Assembly (NCBI GenBank): GCA_016193175.1
Contig: JACPSR010000142.1
Span: forward strand, 1-52,331
Direction of reading: 5' to 3'
DNA: 52,331 nt
Source of the DNA: Candidatus Omnitrophota bacterium
GTDB lineage: Bacteria > Omnitrophota > Gorgyraeia > Aquiviventales > Aquiviventaceae
Made by a program: the position numbers and the translations under genes. Below the pieces are notes generated by a model. It was not told the DNA's origin. It made no database searches and worked only from the letters and a program-made list of their open reading frames with translations. Below are positions 1 to 9,501 of the stretch, in pieces. Position 1 is the first letter of the stretch, and the number at the start of each line of letters is the position of its first letter.

Positions 1-2
1 CC

Positions 3-437
3 AACAGCCGCCTCGACGAGCTGCAAGCCGCCGTCCTCCGCGTCAAGCTCCGGCATCTGAACCGATGGAACGAAGCCCGTCGGCGCAACGCGCGCCGCTA
101 TGCCGATGCGTTCCGTCGGTGCAGGATCGGCGGGATCATCCTCCCCCGGGAGCAGCCGGGCTGCCGGCACGTCTACCACCTCTATGCGATCCGGACCCGC
201 CGCCGCAGCCGTGTCTGTGCCGCATTGACGAGAGCGGGCATCGACGCCCAGGTCGCCTATCCCTCGACGCTGCCAACCCAGCCGGCGCTGCGGCCGTACG
301 TGCGAGGCGCCGGACGGTTTCCCATCGCGGAAGCGGTCAGCCGCGAGATCCTCGCGCTGCCGATGTACCCAGAGCTGACCCCATCGCAGATCGAGCGCGT
401 GGTTGCGACGATCGCGGAGGCGCTTGCCGGCGCGTGA
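3..437 (+). CDS. DegT/DnrJ/EryC1/StrS aminotransferase, C-terminal part (truncated by window start)
   Basis: Frame from base 3 reads NSRLDELQAAVLRVKL...HVYHLY...FPIAEAVSREILALPMYPEL, a typical DegT C-terminus. Confidence 0.9.
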   Translation, partial: NSRLDELQAAVLRVKLRHLNRWNEARRRNARRYADAFRRCRIGGIILPREQPGCRHVYHLYAIRTRRRSRVCAALTRAGIDAQVAYPSTLPTQPALRPYVRGAGRFPIAEAVSREILALPMYPELTPSQIERVVATIAEALAGA

Positions 438-441
438 GGGC

Positions 442-1677
442 ATGCCTGTCTATGATGTCGCGGTGATCGGCGGCGGGATCGTCGGGTTGGCCACGGCCAT
501 GGAGTGGCTCACCCGCGTCCCGGGATCGAGGCTGGTCGTGGTGGAGAAAGAAACACACCTCGGCGCCCATCAGACCGGACACAATAGCGGGGTGATTCAC
601 TCCGGGATCTACTATCGGCCCGGTTCGGTCAAAGCCAGAACATGCGTTGAGGGAGCCCGGCTCCTCGTCGAGTTTTGCCGCGCGCACCGAATCCCCTACC
701 TCCTCTGCGGCAAGCTGGTGGTCGCGACCGAGCCGTCTGAGCTGCCGGCGCTCGAAACGCTGTATCAGCGGGGATGCGCCAACGGCGTGCCGGGACTGAG
801 GCTCCTCAGTCCAGAGGAGTTCCGAGAGATCGAGCCGCACGCCCGGGGGATCAAAGCGCTCCATGTCCCGCAGGCCGGCGTCGTTGATTATGGAGAGGTG
901 GCTCGGGCCTTTGCCGAGGTGATCCGGCAGCGCGGCGGGGAGATTCGCACCTCGGCGCGGGTGCAGCACCTCGAGCGACGAAACGGCGTCTGGGTGCTCG
1001 AGACCGCCGCGGGCGATCTCCAGGCTACGTTCCTGGTGACCTGCGGAGGGCTTCAGGCCGACCGGGTGGCGGTCATGGCTGGTGCCTCATCCGACGTGCG
1101 GATTGTCCCGTTCCGGGGGGAGTACTACGAGGTGGTGCCCGAGCGGCGATGCCTCGTGAAGGGGATGATTTACCCGGTGCCGGATCCCGCCCTGCCGTTT
1201 CTCGGCGTCCATTTCACCCGGACGGTGGATGGGCGCGTCCACGCCGGGCCAAACGCCGTGCTCGCGCTCAAGCGGGAAGGGTATCGCAAGAGCGACGTCA
1301 GCGTCACGGACACATGGGACCTGGTGAGCTACAGCGGGTTCTGGAAGATGGCGGGGCGATACTGGGTGACCGGCCTCGGCGAGCTCTATCGCTCGTGGAG
1401 CAGGCGAGCGTTCGTCAGGGCGCTGCAGCAACTCGTTCCTGAGGTGCGGCCAAACGATCTCTCGCCTGGGGGGAGCGGCGTGCGCGCTCAAGCCGTCGAT
1501 CCCCATGGCTCACTGTTGGACGATTTCGATATTGTCCAAGGACACCACGCGATCTATGTCCACAACGTCCCCTCGCCGGCCGCGACCGCCTCCATCGCTG
1601 TTGGACGCCGGATCGCCGACATGGCCGCCTCAGCATTTGATGAGAAACGGCTTGACCCTCTCGAGCGGCTGCGATAA
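442..1677 (+). CDS. lhgO: L-2-hydroxyglutarate oxidase (FAD-dependent)
   Basis: GGGIVG, HQTGHNSGVIHSGIYY, IVPFRGEYY, PFLGVHFT, GVRAQA and NVPSPAATAS motifs. Confidence 0.9.
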   Translation: MPVYDVAVIGGGIVGLATAMEWLTRVPGSRLVVVEKETHLGAHQTGHNSGVIHSGIYYRPGSVKARTCVEGARLLVEFCRAHRIPYLLCGKLVVATEPSELPALETLYQRGCANGVPGLRLLSPEEFREIEPHARGIKALHVPQAGVVDYGEVARAFAEVIRQRGGEIRTSARVQHLERRNGVWVLETAAGDLQATFLVTCGGLQADRVAVMAGASSDVRIVPFRGEYYEVVPERRCLVKGMIYPVPDPALPFLGVHFTRTVDGRVHAGPNAVLALKREGYRKSDVSVTDTWDLVSYSGFWKMAGRYWVTGLGELYRSWSRRAFVRALQQLVPEVRPNDLSPGGSGVRAQAVDPHGSLLDDFDIVQGHHAIYVHNVPSPAATASIAVGRRIADMAASAFDEKRLDPLERLR

Positions 1678-1680
1678 AGT
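1652..1680 (+). promoter_or_regulatory. Putative sigma70 promoter for the LexA-like/UXS genes
   Basis: TTGACC-N17-TAAAGT. Confidence 0.5.
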
Positions 1681-1732
1681 GATAGCGCCTTTTCTGACGC
1701 TTGTATTGTAATTTTTGACTGGAGGATCCGGA

Positions 1733-2020
1733 ATGGCGAAGCTTACCCTCACGCAAAAGCAGCAGACGGTCTTCGAGTTTCTTCAACGCTACGTTAGCGA
1801 GCACCAGGGATCCCCGCTGATTCGGGAAATCCAGCAGGGGTGCCAGATCACCTCTTACAAATCCGCCATCGACCGCCTCAACGCCTTGGAGCGCAAAGGG
1901 TACATCAAACGGGCTCCCAATAAGCACCGCGGCATCACCCTCATCCAACGGGCGGTTCAAGAGCCTCAGCAGGCAGTCCACGTTGAGCAGGAGGCGGTCC
2001 AGGTTCAGGGCGCGCTCTAA
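1733..2020 (+). CDS. LexA-type winged-helix DNA-binding-domain-only protein
   Basis: [12 protein letters not shown]...PLIREI...[18 protein letters not shown] resembles the LexA N-terminal domain; no S24 peptidase domain; GGAGGA RBS. Confidence 0.8.
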   Translation: MAKLTLTQKQQTVFEFLQRYVSEHQGSPLIREIQQGCQITSYKSAIDRLNALERKGYIKRAPNKHRGITLIQRAVQEPQQAVHVEQEAVQVQGAL

Positions 2021-2976
2021 TGCGTGTCCTGATCACGGGTGGTGCGGGGTTCATCGGCTCGCACCTGTGCGATCGTTTCCTGGAGGAAGGGCACACTGTC
2101 CTGTGCGTGGACAACTTCATCACGGGCAGCGAGTCCAACATCGCGCACCTTCTCTCCAAGCCGGCCTTCCAGTTGCTCCGTCACGATATCACCAAACCCC
2201 TTGAGCTCTCCGGCCCCATCGACTACGTCCTCCATTTCGCTTCCCCCGCCAGTCCTGTCGATTACCTTCGGTATCCCATCCAAACGCTCAAGGTGGGTTC
2301 GCTAGGGACGCTCAACAGCCTCGGGATTGCCAAGGCCAAGCAGGCCAAGTTCCTCCTTGCGTCAACCTCGGAGGTGTACGGCGATCCCCGCGTCCATCCC
2401 CAACTGGAGGACTACTGGGGGTATGTCAACCCCGTGGGCCCCCGTGGGGTCTACGACGAGGCGAAACGCTTCGCCGAAGCCCTCACCGTGGCTTATCACC
2501 GCGAGCACGGCGTCGACACGCGTATCGCGCGCATCTTCAATACGTACGGGCCCCGGATGAGGCTGGATGACGGCCGGGCGATCCCCACGTTCATCCGTCA
2601 GGCACTGAAGGGTGAGCCGCTGACGGTGTTTGGTCAGGGAAGCCAGACCCGTAGCTTCTGCTACATCGATGACCTGGTCGAAGGGATTCGTCGCCTCATG
2701 GACAGCTCAATCCATGATCCGGTGAACCTCGGCAATCCCGATGAGCGCTCCATCCTCGAGATCGCCAAGAAAGTCCTGACGCATTTCAACAAGGAGACGG
2801 CGGCCAGCCAGATCGAGTTCCGTCCGCTGCCGCAGGACGACCCCAAGCAGCGTTGCCCTGATATTACGAAGGCGCGCCGACTCCTGGGATGGCAACCGAC
2901 CATCACCCTGGACTTAGGTCTGCAGCGGACCGTCGTATGGTTCGCCCAAGATCTCCCGGTCAGGCCGTCCCGATGA
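2020..2976 (+). CDS. UDP-glucuronate decarboxylase (UXS-like SDR)
   Basis: [57 protein letters not shown]. Confidence 0.92.
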   Translation: MRVLITGGAGFIGSHLCDRFLEEGHTVLCVDNFITGSESNIAHLLSKPAFQLLRHDITKPLELSGPIDYVLHFASPASPVDYLRYPIQTLKVGSLGTLNSLGIAKAKQAKFLLASTSEVYGDPRVHPQLEDYWGYVNPVGPRGVYDEAKRFAEALTVAYHREHGVDTRIARIFNTYGPRMRLDDGRAIPTFIRQALKGEPLTVFGQGSQTRSFCYIDDLVEGIRRLMDSSIHDPVNLGNPDERSILEIAKKVLTHFNKETAASQIEFRPLPQDDPKQRCPDITKARRLLGWQPTITLDLGLQRTVVWFAQDLPVRPSR

Positions 2977-2986
2977 TTCAGCCGCC

Positions 2987-3015
2987 TTGACCGATGGAGT
3001 GAAACACGGTAACAT
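2987..3015 (+). promoter_or_regulatory. Putative sigma70 promoter
   Basis: TTGACC-N17-TAACAT upstream of the GAGGAGG RBS of the 3044 gene. Confidence 0.5.
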
Positions 3016-3043
3016 TTCCCAAAAAGAGGAGGAGGGATCGGGC

Positions 3044-4855
3044 ATGAGATCGTGGAGAGGGCCTCTTGCCCTCGGAGCATGGCTCAGCGTGGCGGCCGTC
3101 TGGCCAACCGTGTGGCTGCCGATTGGCAGAACGAAGTTACTGTGGCCACCCCTCCTCATTGCGACATTGACCGTTCTCACCCTGATCCGTGGCCAGCGGC
3201 AGGGGTGGAGGGTCGCAGTCGGGCGCTCGTTATGGTTGTTTGCCGTGCTGACCATCGCGGCGTGGCTTCCATTCCTCCGCGGGACCCCGACCGGTCTGTC
3301 GTATCCCAAGGTCTACCAAGTCTACCTGCTCGCCTACGAACTCGGTCTCGCGACGCTCATCGGCTGGCAGGCGGCGCTGTCGGTGAGCTCGAGTCGGCAC
3401 TCGTGGTGGACCGTCGATGGCTGGAGCAGGCCGCTGGTCGTGGCTCCACTGCTGTTGGTGTTCCAGGGCCTACGGATCGGCCACTGGGTCATGCCTGTCT
3501 TGGGCCTGGGATGTGGCGCGATCCTGGGGGCCTGGCAGGGCTACCGAGGGTGGGCCATTCGGCTGTCACCCAAGGCCTGGCGACTCGTACCAGTTGGCCT
3601 CTTCGTTGGCGCCGCGCTCCTCGTCTGGGCTGCAGGCCTGCGGATCTACACCTTGACCGGACCGGGCCAACCCGGAGCTCAAGTCGGCTTTCCCTCAGGG
3701 AGTGATGACGGCCCGGCCTACTATTCCTTAGCGGTCGACTTCGCGAAAGACCCAAGCCGCTTCTTCACCTCCAAGATGGGGGACCAGGTCTTCTTCACGG
3801 GCTACTATCTCCTCATGGGGCTCTGGTTTTGGTTGGTTGGTGGACCGCATATTCCGTCTTGGCTGGTGTGGCAAGGGATGGCAGGAGGCTTACTGGCCGT
3901 CGCGGTCTACTGGATCGGCCGGAAGCTGACCGGCCAGGCCGTCTTCGGCGTGGTGGCCGGGCTGTTGGTGGTGGCGGATCACGTCATGCTCCACCTGCTC
4001 GCGACGATGAACCAGGAGACGTTCTTCTTTGCGTGGGTCTATTTGGCCCTGCTGTTGTGGTCGCTGGCGGCTGACCCGAACGCGCGCCTGCGTGTCGGGC
4101 TCTTCGCAGGGTTGGCGCTGGGGGTGTCTGTCATCTTTCGGACGACCTCGCTCATGCTGCCGCTGGTGTGGTATCTGTGCATGCTCTGGGAACGGCCTCG
4201 GCCTGGTGCGTGGACCGCGAGAAGACAAGCGGGTCTGCTGTGGCTGGGGGTATGCGTCCCCGTGGCACTGATGGTGATACGTCACCGGATGGCCTGGGGA
4301 TACTGGACCTTGAGCGGAGCCCACGCAGAATACAAAATTATCCAATGGAACTACGCCTTGCAGCTGCCCGGCGCCCACCTCTATGATATCGGTCTGGTCG
4401 AATGGCTGCGGCGATTGGCGGCTGAGCCCCACCTGCTCTGGCAGCATGTCATCCCAAGCTGGTGGAAGCAGGGGGTAGATCTGTGGACGCATCGTGGATT
4501 CGGTCAGATGGACTTGGTGCAGGGACTGAACGACGGGGGCCCCTATCAAACGGCCCTCGCCACGGTCCTCTCAGTCAGCGCGCTGGTGGGGATCGTCGCG
4601 GCGATTCGACGTCGTACGAGGCTGGATTTGGCGCTGCTGTCGTTGCCGTTGTGTTTCACGAGCTTGGTACTGATATTCTACGTGTTGAACTCCCGCTACC
4701 GCTCACCCTTCATTCCGGCCCTCTATCTCTTCTCGTGTTTGGGGTTCTCGCTCGCCGGGCCCCCCGCGCGGTCGCCCCGTGCCGCAGGAGGGTCGGGTGA
4801 TTCGACATCACAGATGCCTCGCAACGTACCTCTCCAGTTGGCACCGTCTCGATGA
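3044..4855 (+). CDS. Polytopic membrane protein, probable GT-C (ArnT/PMT-like) glycosyltransferase
   Basis: Many hydrophobic segments, acidic loop SDDGPAYY, later QETFF and RYRSPFIP; adjacent to a GT2. Confidence 0.65.
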   Translation: MRSWRGPLALGAWLSVAAVWPTVWLPIGRTKLLWPPLLIATLTVLTLIRGQRQGWRVAVGRSLWLFAVLTIAAWLPFLRGTPTGLSYPKVYQVYLLAYELGLATLIGWQAALSVSSSRHSWWTVDGWSRPLVVAPLLLVFQGLRIGHWVMPVLGLGCGAILGAWQGYRGWAIRLSPKAWRLVPVGLFVGAALLVWAAGLRIYTLTGPGQPGAQVGFPSGSDDGPAYYSLAVDFAKDPSRFFTSKMGDQVFFTGYYLLMGLWFWLVGGPHIPSWLVWQGMAGGLLAVAVYWIGRKLTGQAVFGVVAGLLVVADHVMLHLLATMNQETFFFAWVYLALLLWSLAADPNARLRVGLFAGLALGVSVIFRTTSLMLPLVWYLCMLWERPRPGAWTARRQAGLLWLGVCVPVALMVIRHRMAWGYWTLSGAHAEYKIIQWNYALQLPGAHLYDIGLVEWLRRLAAEPHLLWQHVIPSWWKQGVDLWTHRGFGQMDLVQGLNDGGPYQTALATVLSVSALVGIVAAIRRRTRLDLALLSLPLCFTSLVLIFYVLNSRYRSPFIPALYLFSCLGFSLAGPPARSPRAAGGSGDSTSQMPRNVPLQLAPSR

Positions 4856-5907
4856 GTGGCAGCAACACCCCCATGACGGGGTTGTTCGAGGTGGAGGTGG
4901 CCCACGGCCCACGGCCGACCCTGTCTGTGATCATCCCGGTCTTCAATGAGGAACAGATCCTGCCGGAGCTCTACCAGCGGCTCACCCGCTGCCTACAAGC
5001 GCTGGGGTTGTCCTACGAGATCATCGTGATTGACGACGGCAGCACCGACCGTTCCGGTGAGCTGCTGGAGCGCTTGGTCGCCACCGACTCCCGCGTACGC
5101 CTCATCCAGCTCTCGAGGAATTTCGGTCAGGCGGTGGCGGTGACCGCAGGTCTGGATGTCGCCGCCGGCGAGCTCGTGGCGCTGATGGATGGTGATCTCC
5201 AGGACCCACCGGAAGATGTGCCAAAGTTGGTGGCGACAGTGCAGGCGGGCTATGAGGTCGCGTATGCGATTCGCGTGAAACGCAAGGAATCGGTGCTCAA
5301 ACGCGCGGCGGTCTTCCTCTTCTATCGGCTGCTCAACCGGATCGCGTCCACGCCGCTGCCGGTTGATTCAGGGCTCTTCTGTGTGATGACGCGCCAAGTC
5401 GTGGAGGTGCTGAAGCAACTGCCCGAACGATCGCGCTATGTCAGCGGTCTACGGGCCTGGGTGGGATTCAAGCAGTGTGGCGTTCCGCTGGAGCGCACAG
5501 CCAGGCGCGCGGGTCGGCCAAAGTCGCTCGCAACACTCCTCCGGATGGCGGTCGATGGCCTGGTGTCGTTTTCCTATGTGCCCCTGCGTCTGGCGACGGT
5601 TGTGGGGGTGAGCACGGCGCTCCTGTCGATCGGAGGCATGGTCTGGGCGCTGTATCTGCGTTTGTTTACCACTGATCCCCCCTCGGGGTGGGCCTCGACC
5701 GTGTTGTTCATCTTGTTCATTGGCAGCATCCAGTTGCTGGCGCTTGGGGTGATCGGCGAGTACATCGGGCGGGTGCTTGACGAGGTCAAAGGACGTCCGC
5801 TCTATGTCGTCAGACGTCACGTGGGTTTTGAACGGGAGGCAGAACGCCATGGCGGGGCGGGGTCGTATGCGGATCGCGCTCGTCGAAGTCCGATCCAGGC
5901 GGCGTGA
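4852..5907 (+). CDS. GT2 polyprenyl-phosphate glycosyltransferase (GtrB/ArnC-like)
   Basis: IPVFNEE, DDGSTD, SRNFGQ, MDGDLQDPPE, two C-terminal TM helices, GEYIGRV..EVKGRPLY. Confidence 0.9.
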   Translation: MSGSNTPMTGLFEVEVAHGPRPTLSVIIPVFNEEQILPELYQRLTRCLQALGLSYEIIVIDDGSTDRSGELLERLVATDSRVRLIQLSRNFGQAVAVTAGLDVAAGELVALMDGDLQDPPEDVPKLVATVQAGYEVAYAIRVKRKESVLKRAAVFLFYRLLNRIASTPLPVDSGLFCVMTRQVVEVLKQLPERSRYVSGLRAWVGFKQCGVPLERTARRAGRPKSLATLLRMAVDGLVSFSYVPLRLATVVGVSTALLSIGGMVWALYLRLFTTDPPSGWASTVLFILFIGSIQLLALGVIGEYIGRVLDEVKGRPLYVVRRHVGFEREAERHGGAGSYADRARRSPIQAA

Positions 5908-7183
5908 GTGCATCAATCGAGATTTCATGGCCGGTTACGGCTGGGCGTTTCACGTCGGCCGTTCCTGGCCCGCCAGGCTCATCGAGACCGCCAAGTGGCT
6001 GGGCGAGCGCGTCCCGCTGATGTCGTACGGGTATCTGTCGGCATTCTTCCGTCGCGCGGGGCACGAGGTCGTGGTCGACCCGACCGCCTTTACGGATGTG
6101 GATCTGGCGATCATCCATTCCTCGATGGTGGAGCATCGGGCGGAGCTGCACGCGGCCGACGAGATTCGACGCAGGAGCCGTGCGAAGATCGGGTTCATCG
6201 GGCCGTTTGCCGGGGCGCAACCAGAGCTCTACGAAGCCCGGGCCGATTTCATCATTCGCGGAGAGCCGGAGACGTGGGGAGCGCGACTGGCGAACGGCGA
6301 GTTTCCGTCTGGCGTCGTGAGCGAGAACGGGCGGTTCAACGCGGACGACTTGCCGTTTCCTGACTGGTCACCCTTTCCGGTCCGCGCCTACTCCTACCTC
6401 CCTGCGCTGCGCGATCGGCCGTTTCTGCCGGTGCTGGCCAGTCGAGGGTGCACGTTTTCGTGCAGCTACTGTCCCTATCCGGTCTTTTATCAGTGGAACA
6501 AGCGGAGCGCGGGGAATGTGGTCGCAGAGCTTCAGGAGCTCGTCGACCGATACCGAATTCGAGGGTTTCTCTTCCGCGATCCTTTGTTCACGGCCGATCG
6601 CAAGCGGGTGACCGCCATCTGCGAGGGGTTGTTGGCACGCCGCCTTCGCCTTCGGTGGGCTTGCGAAACGCGCCTCGATCTGCTCGATGAGCGGCTGCTG
6701 GACACGATGTATCAGGCCGGCCTGCGGGTGCTCAACGTGGCCGTGGAATCATCGGATGAGGCGGTGCTTGCCGGGGTCAAGCGCAAGAATGCGGCAGTCA
6801 GCCACCAGGAAGCCATGATTCGATACTGCGATCGAAAAGGCATCCGAGTGTCCGTCTTCTACGTGCTGGGTCTGCCAGAGGATAGCGAGGAGACGATTCG
6901 CCGAACCGTGCAGTACGCCAAGCGGTTGAACACGCACGTCGCCCAATTCTTCGTCTGCACGCCGTTTCCAGGGACCGCCTTCTATGAATCGCTGAAAGAT
7001 CGGATCTTCGAAACCAACTGGGAGCGCTTCGACTGCTACACCCCGACCTTTCGACACGATCACCTGGAACCCGCGCAGATCCTCCGGCTGAAGGAGTGGG
7101 CCTACTGTTCGTATTACTACCGTCCACGCTGGTTGCTGGCATTGGCCCGTCGCGCGACACGGGCGTTCATCGACTCGTCGTGA
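5849..7183 (+). CDS. B12-binding radical SAM protein (start 5849 or 5867)
   Basis: SRGCTFSCSYC, WACETRLD, GLPED, TPFPGT. Confidence 0.85.
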   Translation: MAGRGRMRIALVEVRSRRRECINRDFMAGYGWAFHVGRSWPARLIETAKWLGERVPLMSYGYLSAFFRRAGHEVVVDPTAFTDVDLAIIHSSMVEHRAELHAADEIRRRSRAKIGFIGPFAGAQPELYEARADFIIRGEPETWGARLANGEFPSGVVSENGRFNADDLPFPDWSPFPVRAYSYLPALRDRPFLPVLASRGCTFSCSYCPYPVFYQWNKRSAGNVVAELQELVDRYRIRGFLFRDPLFTADRKRVTAICEGLLARRLRLRWACETRLDLLDERLLDTMYQAGLRVLNVAVESSDEAVLAGVKRKNAAVSHQEAMIRYCDRKGIRVSVFYVLGLPEDSEETIRRTVQYAKRLNTHVAQFFVCTPFPGTAFYESLKDRIFETNWERFDCYTPTFRHDHLEPAQILRLKEWAYCSYYYRPRWLLALARRATRAFIDSS

Positions 7184-7982
7184 CAGCCCTTCGGCTTTCT
7201 TGAACGGTTCTGGCCAGTCGGACTCCGAGATTCCGGGGCAACAGCCGCAGGGTCCAGACACTGAGGTGGTTTTTCCACCCCGGAACGACAACCGCCTGCT
7301 TCCGCATGAGTCCCCGGTATCCAAGCCACGCGATGGTCTCCGCACGCATCAGGTTGCCTTGAGTCAACCTTGACAACCCCATGCCCGCCCGCTGCTGAAA
7401 ACCTGTGGGCGTCGGCCCTGGACAGAGCGCGGTCACCGAGACTCCCAACTCACGCACCTCATTCGCCAACGCCTCAGAGAACGAGAGCACGTACGCTTTC
7501 GTCGCTGCGTAGACCGCCATGAGCGGCGTCGGCTGGAAGGCGGCGATGGACGCCACGTTGAGAATTTTCCCATGCGTCTGCACTAGATCGGGCAGCAACA
7601 GTTTTGTCAGGTGGGTGAGCGTCGCGACATGGACTTGGATCATGGCGAGTTCGGTGGTCAGGTCCGTCTTCATGAACGACCCGTGGAGGCCAAATCCCGC
7701 ATTGTTCACCAGCGCGTGGACCTGGAGGTGTTGACGCTTCAACTCGGTCACAATCTCTTCCGGAGCGTCGCGTCGTGACAGATCCGCGGCCAACGTCGTG
7801 ACGGTGGCCCCGGAGATTTGCGTCAGTGTTCGAGCCGCGTTGCGGAGCGCGTCGGCCGATCGCGCAATGAGGACCACATGGGAGCCGTCGCGCGCAAAAA
7901 GCTTCGAGAGCTCATAGCCGATCCCACTGGACGCACCAGTGATGACGGCCACGGGTGAGGGTGCTGTCTTCGGCTGAAGCAT
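7167..7982 (-). CDS. Short-chain dehydrogenase/reductase (DltE-like)
   Basis: TGASSGIG, NNAGFG, YAATK, LCPGPT. Confidence 0.92.
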   Translation of the reverse strand: MLQPKTAPSPVAVITGASSGIGYELSKLFARDGSHVVLIARSADALRNAARTLTQISGATVTTLAADLSRRDAPEEIVTELKRQHLQVHALVNNAGFGLHGSFMKTDLTTELAMIQVHVATLTHLTKLLLPDLVQTHGKILNVASIAAFQPTPLMAVYAATKAYVLSFSEALANEVRELGVSVTALCPGPTPTGFQQRAGMGLSRLTQGNLMRAETIAWLGYRGLMRKQAVVVPGWKNHLSVWTLRLLPRNLGVRLARTVQESRRAVTTSR

Positions 7983-7987
7983 CACCC

Positions 7988-8000
7988 TGCTATCATAGCA
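7988..8000. promoter_or_regulatory. Palindromic bidirectional extended -10 element
   Basis: TGCTATCATAGCA gives TGnTATCAT on + and TGnTATGAT on -, between divergent genes. Confidence 0.45.
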
Positions 8001-8055
8001 TACATGGGACGGGGGAGGGCGATGAGACCCCGTCCGATCTAGGGAAGCCACATCG

Positions 8056-9024
8056 ATGCCAACGAAGACCCATCAGTCGCCGCAGGGCATCACGGTCGAT
8101 TCAGAAGGGAATGAGTTCGAACTCCGTGAGAGATCGTGTCCCACCTGCGGTTCCTCGGCTCAACGAGTGCTTGGATACCGGGGTGGGAAGTGGCATCGTT
8201 ATGGCCTGGGGGTGGCCACGCGCATTGTCCAATGTCAGGCCTGCGGGCTCCTGTTTCCCAATCCCTTCCCCTACCCACGCGCTCCGCAACAACTGTACGG
8301 TGACCCGTCCACATACTTCCAGGGTCATGATGAAGTCGGTGGTCATGATGAACGCGGGAGAATCGCAGGGTTTTGTCGGCTCATTCAGGACATCAGACGA
8401 GCCACGGGGCAGGCGGTGCCTTCGATACTCGATGTGGGGAGCGGTCGAGGTGAGCTGCTCGAAGCGGCACGGCGTGAGGGACTGGACGACGTGGTCGGAC
8501 TTGAGTTTGCTCACGCGATGATCGAGCACGTGCGAGGGCGGTATGGGATATCCCTTGTGCCTCAAACCATTGAGCACTATGCCGCGACGAATTCGAGGAT
8601 CTTTGACGCGATTGTCCTGAATGCGGTCCTGGAACACGTGCATGATCCTGATGCCATGATGGCCGCGTGTGCAGCGCTGACAAGGCCAGGGGGCCTCGTG
8701 TACATCAACACCCCTAATGAGCCAAACCTCCTGACGATCCTGGGCAATGTGTTCAATCGACTACGAGGCAACCTCGCGGTGTTGAACCTCTCGCCCACGT
8801 GGATTCCATATCATGTGTACGGGTTTAACCCTCGTGCGCTGCGGGTCCTCCTGCACAAGCATGGGTTCGAGATGACCAGCCTGCGGATTTACGCCATCCC
8901 GACCATTCCATCGACCTCGGCATTTGCCGATCGACTCCAAGCGTTCGTCGCCACGCAAATCTGCCGCGTCGCCAACCTGACAGGGACCGCTGGCAATCTG
9001 TACGTCTGGGCACGACGGTATTAA
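8056..9024 (+). CDS. Class I SAM-dependent methyltransferase with N-terminal Cys cluster
   Basis: CPTC...CQAC, LDVGSGRG, VLEHVHDP, PGGLVYINTPN. Confidence 0.88.
   Translation: MPTKTHQSPQGITVDSEGNEFELRERSCPTCGSSAQRVLGYRGGKWHRYGLGVATRIVQCQACGLLFPNPFPYPRAPQQLYGDPSTYFQGHDEVGGHDERGRIAGFCRLIQDIRRATGQAVPSILDVGSGRGELLEAARREGLDDVVGLEFAHAMIEHVRGRYGISLVPQTIEHYAATNSRIFDAIVLNAVLEHVHDPDAMMAACAALTRPGGLVYINTPNEPNLLTILGNVFNRLRGNLAVLNLSPTWIPYHVYGFNPRALRVLLHKHGFEMTSLRIYAIPTIPSTSAFADRLQAFVATQICRVANLTGTAGNLYVWARRY
8776..9024 (+). repeat. Direct repeat, copy 1 (3' end of the methyltransferase gene)
   Basis: Aligns without gaps to 11917-12165; 25 mismatches over the 246 coding nt by hand count. Confidence 0.95.
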
Positions 9025-9032
9025 CGAACGAG

Positions 9033-9132
9033 CCGAGTGGCTGCCCATCGGAAAAACGCAGTTGCTGTGGTTACCTCTCCTCGTTGCGACGCTGACCGTC
9101 CTCACCCTCGTGCGCGGCCGTCGGCAAGGATG
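9033..9132 (+). pseudogene. Fragment paralogous to the N-terminal region of the 3044 membrane protein gene
   Basis: EWLPIGKTQLLWLPLLVATLTVLTLVRGRRQG versus VWLPIGRTKLLWPPLLIATLTVLTLIRGQRQG (3108-3207); about 22 mismatches per 100 nt. Confidence 0.85.
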
Positions 9133-9167
9133 TGGCAGTTCGTGACCATCGGCCTCTCTTGAAAGAG

Positions 9168-9212
9168 TGGAGCCGGCGAGAGGATTTGAACCTCCGACCC
9201 GCAGTTTACGAA
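9168..9212 (-). tRNA. 3' half of tRNA-Thr(CGT); att-site-like remnant, not a functional tRNA
   Basis: Minus strand reads TT-CGT-AA ACTGC GGGTC GGAGG TTCAAAT CCTCT CGCCGGC T CCA; 5' acceptor strand, D arm and 5' anticodon stem are absent. Confidence 0.85.
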
Positions 9213-9501
9213 GGCTCCAAATCACCTCCACCGTAATTGGCCTTCGTGCCTCGTATCGCACCGGCCTAGGACTTCCGTCAACGTTCTTTCGGCCTGACGA
9301 AACCTCATGATCCCTCATTTCGGGCTCTTCTGTTTGCGTCCCGTGCTGTCCATTTCCATGTCATCTGGCTCTCAGTCCCGAAGACGACAAACGCCGACGT
9401 GTCAGGAGCCCGATATCGCTTGCCTGCACCAGGCGGAGTCAAAAAATCGCTTGCGTACTGCTACGCTATCTGGTAGCCTGCACCGGGTAATAGGAGGGGC
9501 G

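Noticed and set aside
9168-9245. Intact tRNA-Thr gene
   Set aside because: No D arm, 5' acceptor strand or 5' anticodon stem upstream on the minus strand.
9307-9501. 65-aa N-terminal extension of the radical SAM ORF
   Set aside because: A strong AGGAGG precedes ATG 9502 and the extension looks non-coding.
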